Shown piece by piece: positions 9,978 through 17,756 of a stretch of DNA of 63,627 nt. Each line of letters opens with the position of its first letter. Positions within the stretch are counted from its first letter, which is position 1. Position numbers and translations under genes: made by a program. Source of the stretch: Pyrinomonadaceae bacterium (GTDB lineage: Bacteria; Acidobacteriota; Blastocatellia; Pyrinomonadales; Pyrinomonadaceae); assembly GCA_035646955.1 (NCBI GenBank), contig DASROI010000030.1, positions 1 through 63,627 of the forward strand. The letters run 5' to 3'. A model generated the notes under the pieces. It was not told the origin of the DNA, made no database searches, and worked only from the letters and a program-made list of their open reading frames with translations.

Positions 9978-10616
9978 TCACTCTTGCACTCGCTTTGACG
10001 CGAACGCGAAATTAAGCAGAATCCACTGCGCTATTGTCAATACAACACCTTGCTGGTCCTTTAAATCACCAGGTCCGCCTGATCGCAAAAGATAAAACTG
10101 AACAGGCATGACGGCGAAGACGAGGACCATCAGAATGGTGTTTCGTCCCGTCCACGGCGGCATGACTTGCGTAGTGCGTTCGCGAAGATCCCTGACTATC
10201 CAAACAATGGCTAATAGAGTCAATACGAACCAAAACAACGGCGCGATCCAGGTGAGTGACACGTCTAATCCCATGGTGTCGCCTTTAAATCGGTAGTCAT
10301 CCGGAAACTTGACGGCGTTGTAGATTGCATTAACCAGGGAAGAGCCAAGCCAAAGCAGCAACAACCAATGAAACGGTTGTCGGGCACCCCGCCAGCCGAA
10401 ATAAATGATCGCAAGCGCGATGAGCGCCTGGGCTACTACGAACCAGTAATCACCGGCAACACCGTGTCCGCCAAAGTCCTTACCGAGAAAAGAACTGCCC
10501 CATTCGTAACTTGGACCATCCATCACCCCTCGAATCAACGGTAACCAAACGGCAAGCATTGTGACTGCGGTGAAAATCAGGATGACCTTTAGGAGTTGAT
10601 CCGGGCGTGTTTTCAT
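9978..10616 (-). CDS. integral membrane protein of unknown function
   Basis: 212 aa with about six hydrophobic helices. Its start overlaps the stop of the upstream glycosyltransferase by 4 nt. Confidence 0.6.
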   Translation of the reverse strand: MKTRPDQLLKVILIFTAVTMLAVWLPLIRGVMDGPSYEWGSSFLGKDFGGHGVAGDYWFVVAQALIALAIIYFGWRGARQPFHWLLLLWLGSSLVNAIYNAVKFPDDYRFKGDTMGLDVSLTWIAPLFWFVLTLLAIVWIVRDLRERTTQVMPPWTGRNTILMVLVFAVMPVQFYLLRSGGPGDLKDQQGVVLTIAQWILLNFAFASKRVQE

Positions 10617-11749
10617 GCCAACCCCTCCAACGTCTCGACTATTTCTCGCGCCGCGTTGGGCCGTCCCATTGCCCGGGCGTTCCTGCGCATAGCTGAAAAT
10701 CGCTTTGGATCGGAGAGCAACTTATCTAACTTATAAGCAAGCGTTGGTAAATTATTACAGCGGATACCGACAGCGGCCTCGAGCAGGTGGTCCGAATTCC
10801 GTTCCTCCTGACCGGGTATGGGATTCACGATCACAAACGCGAGTCCCTTAGCGAGCGCTTCTGAAGTAGTAAGCCCACCCGGCTTGCCGATCACAATGTC
10901 AGACGCAGACATAAATTCATCCATCTCGGTAGTGTAGCCGACAGGCTTCAACACTACGGTTGAATCGCGTTTTGACTTCGCCGATCTTTCCAAACGCAGC
11001 TTAAGCTCCTCGTTGCGACCACAAATCGCTACCACCTGGACCGGATGGCTCAACGGCGACAAAGAATCAATTACCGCTTCGACTGATCCAACTCCGAATC
11101 CTCCGGCGGATAGAAGAATCGTAGTTCGGCCGGGGTCCAACCCGTGCTTTAGACGCATCTCCTTCTGATCCTTTTTCTGAGCGAAGACCGGGTCGATAGG
11201 AATGCCGGTGACGGTGATCTTGTTTGCGGGAATTCCCAGCGCCTCGAGATATACGCGAGCTTCGTCGACTGCCACAAAGTACCGCTCGTAATGGTGGACC
11301 AACCACATTGCGTGGACATCAAAATCCGTAACCACGATTGCCTGGCGACTATTCAATCGCTCTTTCGCTTTCAACCAGGAAACGATTTCCGCCGGTAAGA
11401 AATGCGTGCAGACAATTATGTCTGGATGATACTCGCGCAGGAGTTTTACAAAAGGACGCGTATTCAACTTGTCGAGCGCTAGTCTTCTCCGCTCGTTTTT
11501 CCAGGGTCTATCGAGTTTGTCATAGATCCAGCCAGGGACTTCGGGGAGTTTGTTTACCAGATCAATATAGGCTTTGGAATACAGATGCCGGAACACCTTA
11601 TTCGTGTAATCGAGAGTATCGATATGTCTAATTTCGCTTTCGACACCCAGGTCTGAACTGAATTGTTTGAATGCTTTTTCGAGTGCCTGTGCCGCCCTCA
11701 CATGGCCAGCTCCAGCCGAAACAGACAGCAGTAGAATTCTTTTCAGCAT
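10613..11749 (-). CDS. GT28-family glycosyltransferase (MGDG synthase / diacylglycerol glycosyltransferase-like)
   Basis: 378 aa. ILLLSVSAGAGHVRAAQAL at the N-terminus and GKPGGLTTSEALAKGLAFVIVNPIPGQEERN near the C-terminus are typical of the UgtP/MGDG-synthase family. Confidence 0.85.
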   Translation of the reverse strand: MLKRILLLSVSAGAGHVRAAQALEKAFKQFSSDLGVESEIRHIDTLDYTNKVFRHLYSKAYIDLVNKLPEVPGWIYDKLDRPWKNERRRLALDKLNTRPFVKLLREYHPDIIVCTHFLPAEIVSWLKAKERLNSRQAIVVTDFDVHAMWLVHHYERYFVAVDEARVYLEALGIPANKITVTGIPIDPVFAQKKDQKEMRLKHGLDPGRTTILLSAGGFGVGSVEAVIDSLSPLSHPVQVVAICGRNEELKLRLERSAKSKRDSTVVLKPVGYTTEMDEFMSASDIVIGKPGGLTTSEALAKGLAFVIVNPIPGQEERNSDHLLEAAVGIRCNNLPTLAYKLDKLLSDPKRFSAMRRNARAMGRPNAAREIVETLEGLA

Positions 11750-11759
11750 ATATAAAGGG

Positions 11760-12551
11760 TTAAAAGAGAGACCTTATCCAGCCCCCATCCACCTGAATTG
11801 ACGTGCCGGTGATGTAACTGGCGCGTTCTGAAACAAGGAAAGCGGCTAAAGCAGCAAATTCTCGCGGCTCACCCAGTCTCTTCATCGGAATTTGGTTTTC
11901 CCAACTCGCCTTGAAAGCTCCGGGACTTGTCTGGTCCTTTTCTGCCATCATCTGGGCCAACTCTTCAACTCTCTCTGTTCGCGTGTAACCGGGCAAGATG
12001 TTATTAACCGTAATGCCTTCAGCCGCGACCTCGTTAGCAAGTGTACGGGCGAAACCGGTTACGGCCGACCGCAAACTGTTCGAGAGCATTAGATTATCTA
12101 CCGGCTGCTTTACTGCAATCGACGTAATGTTGAGAATCCGGCCCCAGTGCCTCGCTTTCATCGAAGGCAACACACCACGAACGAGTTCAACGACGCTGAA
12201 AAGAGTCAAACGAACCGCAGATTCCCACTCCGCAGGACTTAAGTATTCGAAACGCCCTGCAGGTGGTCCACCCGCATTTGTCACAAGAATATCGATACTT
12301 CCAAACTCACTAATTCCGGAATCTACGACCCGCCTTACATCTCCGGGTAATGACACATCAGCGGCAACTGAAATGACTCTTGCTCCAGTCGTTTCACGAA
12401 TGAAAGAAGCTGTTTGGTCCAGGTGAGTCGCGTCTCGCGCGCACATGATGAGTGAGGCGCCTTCGGCCCCGAGTTCTTCGGCCACGGCACGACCAAGTCC
12501 GCGACTCGATGCGGTAACTAAGGCAATTTTGTTTTTGAGTCCGAGATCCAT
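11760..12551 (-). CDS. SDR-family oxidoreductase (divergent, BKR-like)
   Basis: 263 aa with Rossmann motif ALVTASSRGLGRA and NAGG. SNSLR sits where the canonical YxxxK is expected, so this is an atypical SDR. Confidence 0.85.
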   Translation of the reverse strand: MDLGLKNKIALVTASSRGLGRAVAEELGAEGASLIMCARDATHLDQTASFIRETTGARVISVAADVSLPGDVRRVVDSGISEFGSIDILVTNAGGPPAGRFEYLSPAEWESAVRLTLFSVVELVRGVLPSMKARHWGRILNITSIAVKQPVDNLMLSNSLRSAVTGFARTLANEVAAEGITVNNILPGYTRTERVEELAQMMAEKDQTSPGAFKASWENQIPMKRLGEPREFAALAAFLVSERASYITGTSIQVDGGWIRSLF

Positions 12552-12560
12552 CGGCCCAGG

Positions 12561-12935
12561 TTATTTCTGCCGCAGGTAATCGTCCGTCTTGTCGAGCCAG
12601 TCCTGTCGTGGCGGACTGAAAATGTCAACGTCAAGGGTGTCTTCAAGCGCGAGCGCTTTGTGATGAACAAAAGAAGGGATGTGCAGAACGTCTCCCTTCA
12701 TAACATCTATCACTTCCGATTCGTCCTCTCCTATCCAGAATCGCAGACCACCTTCAAGGATATAGGTTACCTGTTCATTCTCGTGATTGTGATGCGGAAC
12801 TATAGAACCCTTTTTCAAATAGACGTGTGTAAGCATGATGCGATCGCCAGTTATCAGGCGTCGTTCCAGGGTGTCTGAGACTTGCTCTTTTGGCATGTCT
12901 GCCCAGCGATAGAACGTAACTGTTCGTTGGTCCAT
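12561..12935 (-). CDS. cupin-domain protein
   Basis: The ORF is open to 13016, but the ATG at 12935 is preceded by GGAG with 5-nt spacing (gcaGGAGaaataATG). Cupin motifs: HHNHENEQVTYILEG and GDVLHIPSFVHH. Confidence 0.8.
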   Translation of the reverse strand: MDQRTVTFYRWADMPKEQVSDTLERRLITGDRIMLTHVYLKKGSIVPHHNHENEQVTYILEGGLRFWIGEDESEVIDVMKGDVLHIPSFVHHKALALEDTLDVDIFSPPRQDWLDKTDDYLRQK

Positions 12936-13047
12936 TATTTCTCCTGCGATGTTTGAGTGCTTATTTGAACGCCCGTCGATTATGACGCGGTCGGCCGCGG
13001 AGAGGTAAATTAACAAGACAACGTGAAGATTACCAGACTTTTGGAGT

Positions 13048-13071
13048 GCGGCGGCCTGGCGCCGCTTTGTT
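13048..13071 (+). repeat. GC-rich hairpin element, copy 1 (GCGGCG-loop-CGCCGC followed by TTTGTT)
   Basis: The plus strand reads TTGGAGTGCGGCGGCCTGGCGCCGCTTTG. It is an inverted copy of the element at 13178-13210 (24/29 identical, with compensatory stem changes). There is no plus-strand gene upstream. Confidence 0.6.
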
Positions 13072-13110
13072 ACCCTGAACGCCGCTATTGGAAACTGAAA
13101 CTGCAGAAGA

Positions 13111-13151
13111 AGGCCCGCCGCAAATTTGTGCTCGGCGACGGGCCTGTTTTT
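13111..13151 (+). terminator. terminator-like hairpin on the plus strand with no upstream plus-strand gene
   Basis: AGGCCCG (13111-13117) pairs with CGGGCCT (13139-13145) and is followed by GTTTTT. It lies between the two inverted hairpin copies. Confidence 0.35.
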
Positions 13152-13180
13152 AACGAGACTCGACTTCGTAGAGTTGAGTG

Positions 13181-13202
13181 AAAAGCGCCGCCGGACCGGC
13201 GC
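13181..13202 (-). terminator. intrinsic terminator of the arsR-SRPBCC operon (hairpin element copy 2)
   Basis: The minus strand reads GCGCCGgtccggCGGCGC followed by TTTT, starting 11 nt after the SRPBCC stop codon. Confidence 0.6.
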
Positions 13203-13212
13203 ACTCCAAGGT

Positions 13213-13674
13213 TTACATCTTTGCGGGGAGGGCTCGGCCGGTTTCGAGTAGAGTCTTCAGACCGGAGATCACCGCGGGCCACCCGAACGAAACACTTTGC
13301 AACATCTCCTGATCATCACCGAACTCTTCGTGCGTAACAGTTAACCGCACCGATTTCTCGAGCGCTTCCAATAGGTAGGTTACGCGCGAGTGTTTCGCCT
13401 CGTTGGCTTCATCGACGGGACGCGCCCAGCTTACGACTAGTTTGTGTGGCGGGTCAGATTCCAACACCTTGCCGACAATGTGCACCTTATCCTGGTCGCC
13501 TTTTAAGATATGTTGCCACTTTGATCCAACCGACCAATCCGAGACGTTTTCATGGTTGAACCAGTAGCGTCTAGTCAATTCCGGATCACTTAACGCATTC
13601 CACACCTTTTCGGGAGTCGATTCGATATAACTAACATAAACGAATTTTGGTTTGTCCATCTCAATTCTCCTCAA
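13213..13674 (-). CDS. SRPBCC/AHSA1-family (START-like fold) protein
   Basis: 153 aa. YVSYIESTPEKVWNALSDPELTRRYWF is typical of Aha1-like SRPBCC proteins. It overlaps the upstream arsR by 14 nt, a very common gene pair. Confidence 0.8.
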   Translation of the reverse strand: MRRIEMDKPKFVYVSYIESTPEKVWNALSDPELTRRYWFNHENVSDWSVGSKWQHILKGDQDKVHIVGKVLESDPPHKLVVSWARPVDEANEAKHSRVTYLLEALEKSVRLTVTHEEFGDDQEMLQSVSFGWPAVISGLKTLLETGRALPAKM

Positions 13675-13981
13675 GAGCTTTCTTCAGATCGGCAAGCGCG
13701 CGAACCTGTTGGCGCTCGTACTTGCCTACCCACCGATCAAAGATCTCGGTAATGGGCATTGGGTTTAAATAGTGGAGCTTTTCGCGTCCACGCCATACGG
13801 TCACAACCAGATTCGCATCCTCAAGCAGCACCAGATGTTTGGTTACGGCTTGTCGGGTCATGTCGAGGTGCGCGCAGAGTTCTCCCAGAGTTTGACCGTT
13901 CTCTGCGTGCAGCAGATCGAGCAAACGCCGGCGACTTGGATCAGCAAGCGCCTTGAACACTTTGTCCGTATCAGTGACCAT
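13661..13981 (-). CDS. ArsR/SmtB-family transcriptional regulator
   Basis: 106 aa with KALADPSRRRLLDLL and the HTH segment ELCAHLDMTRQAVTKHLVLLEDANLV. Confidence 0.9.
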   Translation of the reverse strand: MVTDTDKVFKALADPSRRRLLDLLHAENGQTLGELCAHLDMTRQAVTKHLVLLEDANLVVTVWRGREKLHYLNPMPITEIFDRWVGKYERQQVRALADLKKALEEN

Positions 13982-13986
13982 TTCTT

Positions 13987-14016
13987 ATTATGCAACCAAA
14001 TGGTTGCATAATGCAA
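13987..14016 (-). promoter_or_regulatory. perfect 12-2-12 palindromic operator overlapping a candidate -35/-10 promoter of arsR
   Basis: ATTATGCAACCA-AA-TGGTTGCATAAT occupies 13987-14012. On the minus strand, TTGCAT-18 nt-CATAAT ends 5 nt before the arsR ATG. Confidence 0.55.
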
Positions 14017-14055
14017 GGGATATTTTTGAGACTACAAACCAAGCCCGATCACCAT

Positions 14056-14083
14056 AAAAAAGGCCTGCCGGTTAAGGCAGGCC
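14056..14083 (-). terminator. intrinsic terminator downstream of the ECF sigma gene
   Basis: An 8-bp perfect stem (GGCCTGCC/GGCAGGCC) with a 6-nt loop is followed on the minus strand by T6. Confidence 0.65.
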
Positions 14084-14106
14084 AAACTGATTATTTCAAG
14101 TTTAAA

Positions 14107-14739
14107 TTAATTTCGTCGCCCGGCGCGTTGCGACTTCAAGATTTTGCGCAACTTCATCCGCGCTTTATGTAACTGCGATTTCGAAGTGCCAACCGCCACA
14201 TTCAGCATCCTGGCAATCTCTTCGTGTTCGTGTCCTTCGACGTCGTGCAATACGAACACTGTTCGATAACCCGCCGGCAATTGCTTCAGCGCATTGTCCA
14301 GAGCAATTCGATCCAACACCGGCATCGCATTGGGATTCTCGGTCCCGCGAACTACCTGAACGGGCGTATCACCTTCTTCAGTTGTCCGCTCGAGTTTGAC
14401 GCTCTTCTTTCGAAAGTGCATCAAACACTGGTTCACCGTCAGCCGGTGTAACCAGGTTGTGAACGCTGACTCGCCTCTGAAACTTCCAATCTTGCGGAAG
14501 AGTTGTATGAAAGCTTCCTGCGCAAGATCTTCGGCCTCGGCGGCGTTTTGAGTCATGCGAAGACATAATGAATACACGCGGCGATTGTGTCGCTCATACA
14601 GCTGTTCGAAGGCTGCCATGTCGCCCTGGCCGGCCGCGATCGCTAACGCATGATCTGAAAGTGGCGCCGGTTTCGCAGTCGACTTCGCCGCAACATTTGT
14701 CGGCCATACTGGGAAGACTTCGGTATTTGTCATGGCCAC
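14107..14739 (-). CDS. ECF-type RNA polymerase sigma factor
   Basis: 210 aa. Region 2: [44 protein letters not shown]. Region 4: [41 protein letters not shown]. Confidence 0.9.
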   Translation of the reverse strand: MAMTNTEVFPVWPTNVAAKSTAKPAPLSDHALAIAAGQGDMAAFEQLYERHNRRVYSLCLRMTQNAAEAEDLAQEAFIQLFRKIGSFRGESAFTTWLHRLTVNQCLMHFRKKSVKLERTTEEGDTPVQVVRGTENPNAMPVLDRIALDNALKQLPAGYRTVFVLHDVEGHEHEEIARMLNVAVGTSKSQLHKARMKLRKILKSQRAGRRN

Positions 14740-14834
14740 TCTTAGTGCAAGCTAGGGGCCACGCCAAAACCCCTAAAAATGGACGATTTCAGTGGTGATC
14801 AACAGAATTTATCCACGAAAGAGGGTGTAAGGAA

Positions 14835-14860
14835 GACGAAAGCGTGTAGCGTTTTGTTCC
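14835..14860 (-). promoter_or_regulatory. candidate ECF-type promoter (GGAAC-N17-CGTC)
   Basis: The minus strand reads tttGGAACaaaacgctacacgctttCGTCtt, about 95 nt upstream of the ECF sigma start. It matches the AAC...CGT pattern shared by many ECF-dependent promoters. Confidence 0.4.
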
Positions 14861-14928
14861 AAACGACATTTGACGCCCGTCGCCGCATATTTGGCGAATA
14901 CGACGACAGGCGCCAGGTCGGCTTTGGA

Positions 14929-15879
14929 CTATGGTTTTGCTGAGGATGTCGCTGCTGGACGCGCAGACATTCCCCGGTTCATCAGCATGCGAACTTCAAC
15001 CCGACGGTTCTGTGCCCGTCCGGATGCCGTCGTATTGTCCGCCACAGATTCTGTCTTCCCGTAACCCATGGGTGTCACAAATCTGCGAAGCGGAATCTTG
15101 TGAGTGACTGCCAGGTATTGAACTACAGCATCCGCACGATCACGACTCAGCCTGAAGTTCTTGGCATCACCACCGGTCGAGTCGGTAAACCCGGCTACCT
15201 CGATCATAAACGCTCGCTGTCCGGTGATTCTTCCGGCGAGCCCATCGAGCGTTTGCTTAGCTTCGGGAGACAGCACCGCGCTGTTGGTCCTAAAAGTGAC
15301 AGAAACGCTTTCCTGCATGTCATAGTCGTCTAAAGACGATATGCGCTCATTGGCATTGGCTGCTTCTGTGCGAGCTTCGGCTGCAACTGCGTATAACTCG
15401 TCAATCTGGCCCGCGATTCTCTGCTGATTCGCCTCCACCGGATTTACCCGTGTATCCGTAGTGATTGCCGCTCGCATATCGGACTCGTTAAATCTGATCT
15501 TCTCTGCGACTAACTGGCCTTGCGGGTCACCTTTTCCTTCAACCTCAACGATCAAGCCGCGAAGGATGTCGGTAACAGCGTAATCCTTACCACGTTTAAA
15601 GAAACCGCCATAGGTCTTGATGCTGGTGCGATCTGTAAGTAAAACCTGGTAATCGGTTCTTGTTCGATCTCTGATCGTAAAAGTATCAGCGTCGCGAGAT
15701 ATTACGACCCCTTTGAATTTCATTTTTGCGCCGCTTGGCACCGAACGAGCTGTCGTACTGGTCGCCTGTGGAGCAGTTGTTTGGGGCGAGGTCACTTGCC
15801 CGAAAACCAGGGAACTCATGGATAGAACTACAAAGACACAACAAGCTGTAGCCAGAGAACGGAATTTGCCGGTGATCAT
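14929..15879 (-). CDS. OmpA-family protein (signal peptide, beta-rich N-domain, coiled coil, C-terminal peptidoglycan-binding domain)
   Basis: 316 aa. The OmpA_C motifs are VAGFTDSTGGDAKNFRLSRDRADAVVQYL and NRRVEVRM. Confidence 0.85.
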   Translation of the reverse strand: MITGKFRSLATACCVFVVLSMSSLVFGQVTSPQTTAPQATSTTARSVPSGAKMKFKGVVISRDADTFTIRDRTRTDYQVLLTDRTSIKTYGGFFKRGKDYAVTDILRGLIVEVEGKGDPQGQLVAEKIRFNESDMRAAITTDTRVNPVEANQQRIAGQIDELYAVAAEARTEAANANERISSLDDYDMQESVSVTFRTNSAVLSPEAKQTLDGLAGRITGQRAFMIEVAGFTDSTGGDAKNFRLSRDRADAVVQYLAVTHKIPLRRFVTPMGYGKTESVADNTTASGRAQNRRVEVRMLMNRGMSARPAATSSAKP

Positions 15880-16085
15880 AGATTAGCTCCTTCAAACAGT
15901 ATTCAGGCGACTTCCAAGAGTCGGTCTCTGAAGTTTGGCGTCGGGTGATTTATTGAGTGGGGGCTTCAAAATCCTACTGAAACAGATGCCAAAAATAAAG
16001 GAGATTCGTTGCGCTAAGATTGTGATTTAACTTCATTTGTTGTGAAGAAATTCAGACACAACCACGAGCTGGATGGAAGTTGTTC

Positions 16086-17315
16086 TCAGAACAGTCTTTG
16101 CTGGCGAGGAACGATTTTTTTCTTACGGTCGCTCAAGTCGTCGAAGACCGAACGTCCATTCAAAGATGGTGAGATTCTTCGCTCATATTCCAGGATCTTT
16201 TCAAAGTCGGCCGAAGGTTTCAGCCGATCCTCGACAGCATTGACGAAGCGATCGAGCCGCCGGAATCCATCCAGTTTTTCCCGACCCTCAACGTTTGACG
16301 AGTCGAGCGCTGTTTTCAAGAACCTGATCGACTCGTCGTATGTCTTCAAAGGCACGGGAAACGGATGTCGATCTTTTCCGCCGTGAGCGAATGAGAATCG
16401 CGCCGGATCCGAAAATCGATTAGGTGTTCCATGAACAACTTCTGCAACGAGCGCAAGTGATTGGAGCGTTCGTGGTCCAAGACTCTCAGTTAAGAGCAGC
16501 TCCGCAAAATCACGCAGGTCTCGTTCGTACGCAACAGCCAGGACAGCTCCCAATCGTTTCAGATCTATATTCGCCGACCGCACCTCGTGATGTGATGGCA
16601 TCACGAGGTGACGGGCAACATCAAGCGCCTCCTCGGGACCCTCTCTTACAAGACTGAGCATCGCATCCTGGGCCGGTGCGGCATGTCGATCCACCAGGTT
16701 CATAATCTGGCCCTGGTTCTCGCCGACAATTCCAGTGTGAGGATCAGATACAAAATCTTTCACCGAAGCGGAATGCCAATGATATCGACGCGCCATTCCG
16801 GTCTCGTCGTTCAGGCCCTGTTGGACCACCGACCACTCGCCATCTCTCGTCAGGATGAAGTTATGTAGATAAATCTGAAAACCATCAGCGACAGCATTAT
16901 TGTCTACCCGCGCGGTCAAGCGGCTGGTGCGGACCAGGTTGTTACCGTCAAAGCCTTTTCGCTCAGCGATTGCCATCAGCTCCGCTGGAGTGTTGCGCGA
17001 ATATTTCCCCCTGCCACCACAGATATAGATTCCAAGCTCCTCAGAACGAGGCGTTAGACCACGTTTCAATGCTCCCATGACTGACGTTGTAATTCCTGAC
17101 GAATGCCAATCCATACCCATTACAGCTCCAAAAGCCTGGAACCAGAATGGATCGCTCAAGCGCGAGAGAAAAGCGGATGTCCCGTAGTCGCGAACGATGG
17201 TCTCAGTAATTGCCGTGCCGAGCGCAGTCATCCTTTGGGCCAACCACTGCGGCACGCGTCCGCCGTGTAGAGGTAGATCGGCAACTCCTGATCGCTTCAT
17301 GGCAGCTCGAATCAA
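16086..17315 (-). CDS. DUF763-family protein
   Basis: 409 aa. MKRSGVADLPLHGGRVPQWL and MGMDWHSSGITTSV match my recollection of DUF763. Confidence 0.75.
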   Translation of the reverse strand: MIRAAMKRSGVADLPLHGGRVPQWLAQRMTALGTAITETIVRDYGTSAFLSRLSDPFWFQAFGAVMGMDWHSSGITTSVMGALKRGLTPRSEELGIYICGGRGKYSRNTPAELMAIAERKGFDGNNLVRTSRLTARVDNNAVADGFQIYLHNFILTRDGEWSVVQQGLNDETGMARRYHWHSASVKDFVSDPHTGIVGENQGQIMNLVDRHAAPAQDAMLSLVREGPEEALDVARHLVMPSHHEVRSANIDLKRLGAVLAVAYERDLRDFAELLLTESLGPRTLQSLALVAEVVHGTPNRFSDPARFSFAHGGKDRHPFPVPLKTYDESIRFLKTALDSSNVEGREKLDGFRRLDRFVNAVEDRLKPSADFEKILEYERRISPSLNGRSVFDDLSDRKKKIVPRQQRLF

Positions 17316-17590
17316 ATGCTCGGTTGGTTAAAGCGTTCAGCGGACCTCGCTCGCGCTTTTTCGGCTTCCACTGCTCGATCGCGTGGAGGAGCGGTGGTCA
17401 CAAGACTTTCCAGTAATTGAGTGGCAGCCTTTGCAACCTGATCAACTGCGAGATTGAACGCCTCTTCGTTGGCTTTGGATGGCCTGGTGAAGCCACTAAG
17501 TTTTCGGACAAACTGGATCGAAGAGGCGCGAATCTCTTCTTCGGTGGCCGGCGGTTTGAAGTTATGCAGGGTTTTGATATTTCTACACAT
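17312..17590 (-). CDS. DUF2277-family protein
   Basis: 92 aa. MCRNIKTLHNFKPPATEEEIRASSIQFVRKLSGFTRPSKANEEAF is the characteristic DUF2277 N-terminus. It overlaps the downstream DUF763 gene by 4 nt. Confidence 0.75.
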   Translation of the reverse strand: MCRNIKTLHNFKPPATEEEIRASSIQFVRKLSGFTRPSKANEEAFNLAVDQVAKAATQLLESLVTTAPPRDRAVEAEKARARSAERFNQPSI

Positions 17591-17676
17591 CAGTAATATT
17601 TCTTCTTTCGTAAACTCTGTCTTTACGTGGATGAACGGACTTCATCAGGTAGTTGCCTTTTGCGCAGGGTCAGTAC

Positions 17677-17756
17677 CGATTCGCGGCAGCGTCGGGTGTC
17701 TCGAGCTGATATGACTTGCCGATAACTGGCTACTCACCCGACGCTGCCGCGAATCG
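17677..17756. repeat. 22-bp perfect inverted repeat with a 36-nt spacer
   Basis: CGATTCGCGGCAGCGTCGGGTG (17677-17698) is the exact reverse complement of CACCCGACGCTGCCGCGAATCG (17735-17756). The second arm encodes the last 7 codons of the GNAT gene. Confidence 0.9.

Noticed and set aside
11760-12551. The SDR lacks the canonical catalytic YxxxK, with SNSLR in its place.
   Set aside because: I recognise this as a feature of a known divergent BKR-like SDR subgroup, not as evidence of a pseudogene. The ORF is intact and full-length.
12936-13016. N-terminal extensions in the ORF track for the cupin gene (to 13016), the TPR-hydrolase (to 7475) and the secreted 217-aa protein (to 43184).
   Set aside because: Internal ATGs give an SD-preceded start or a canonical signal peptide, and the upstream extensions have no family support.
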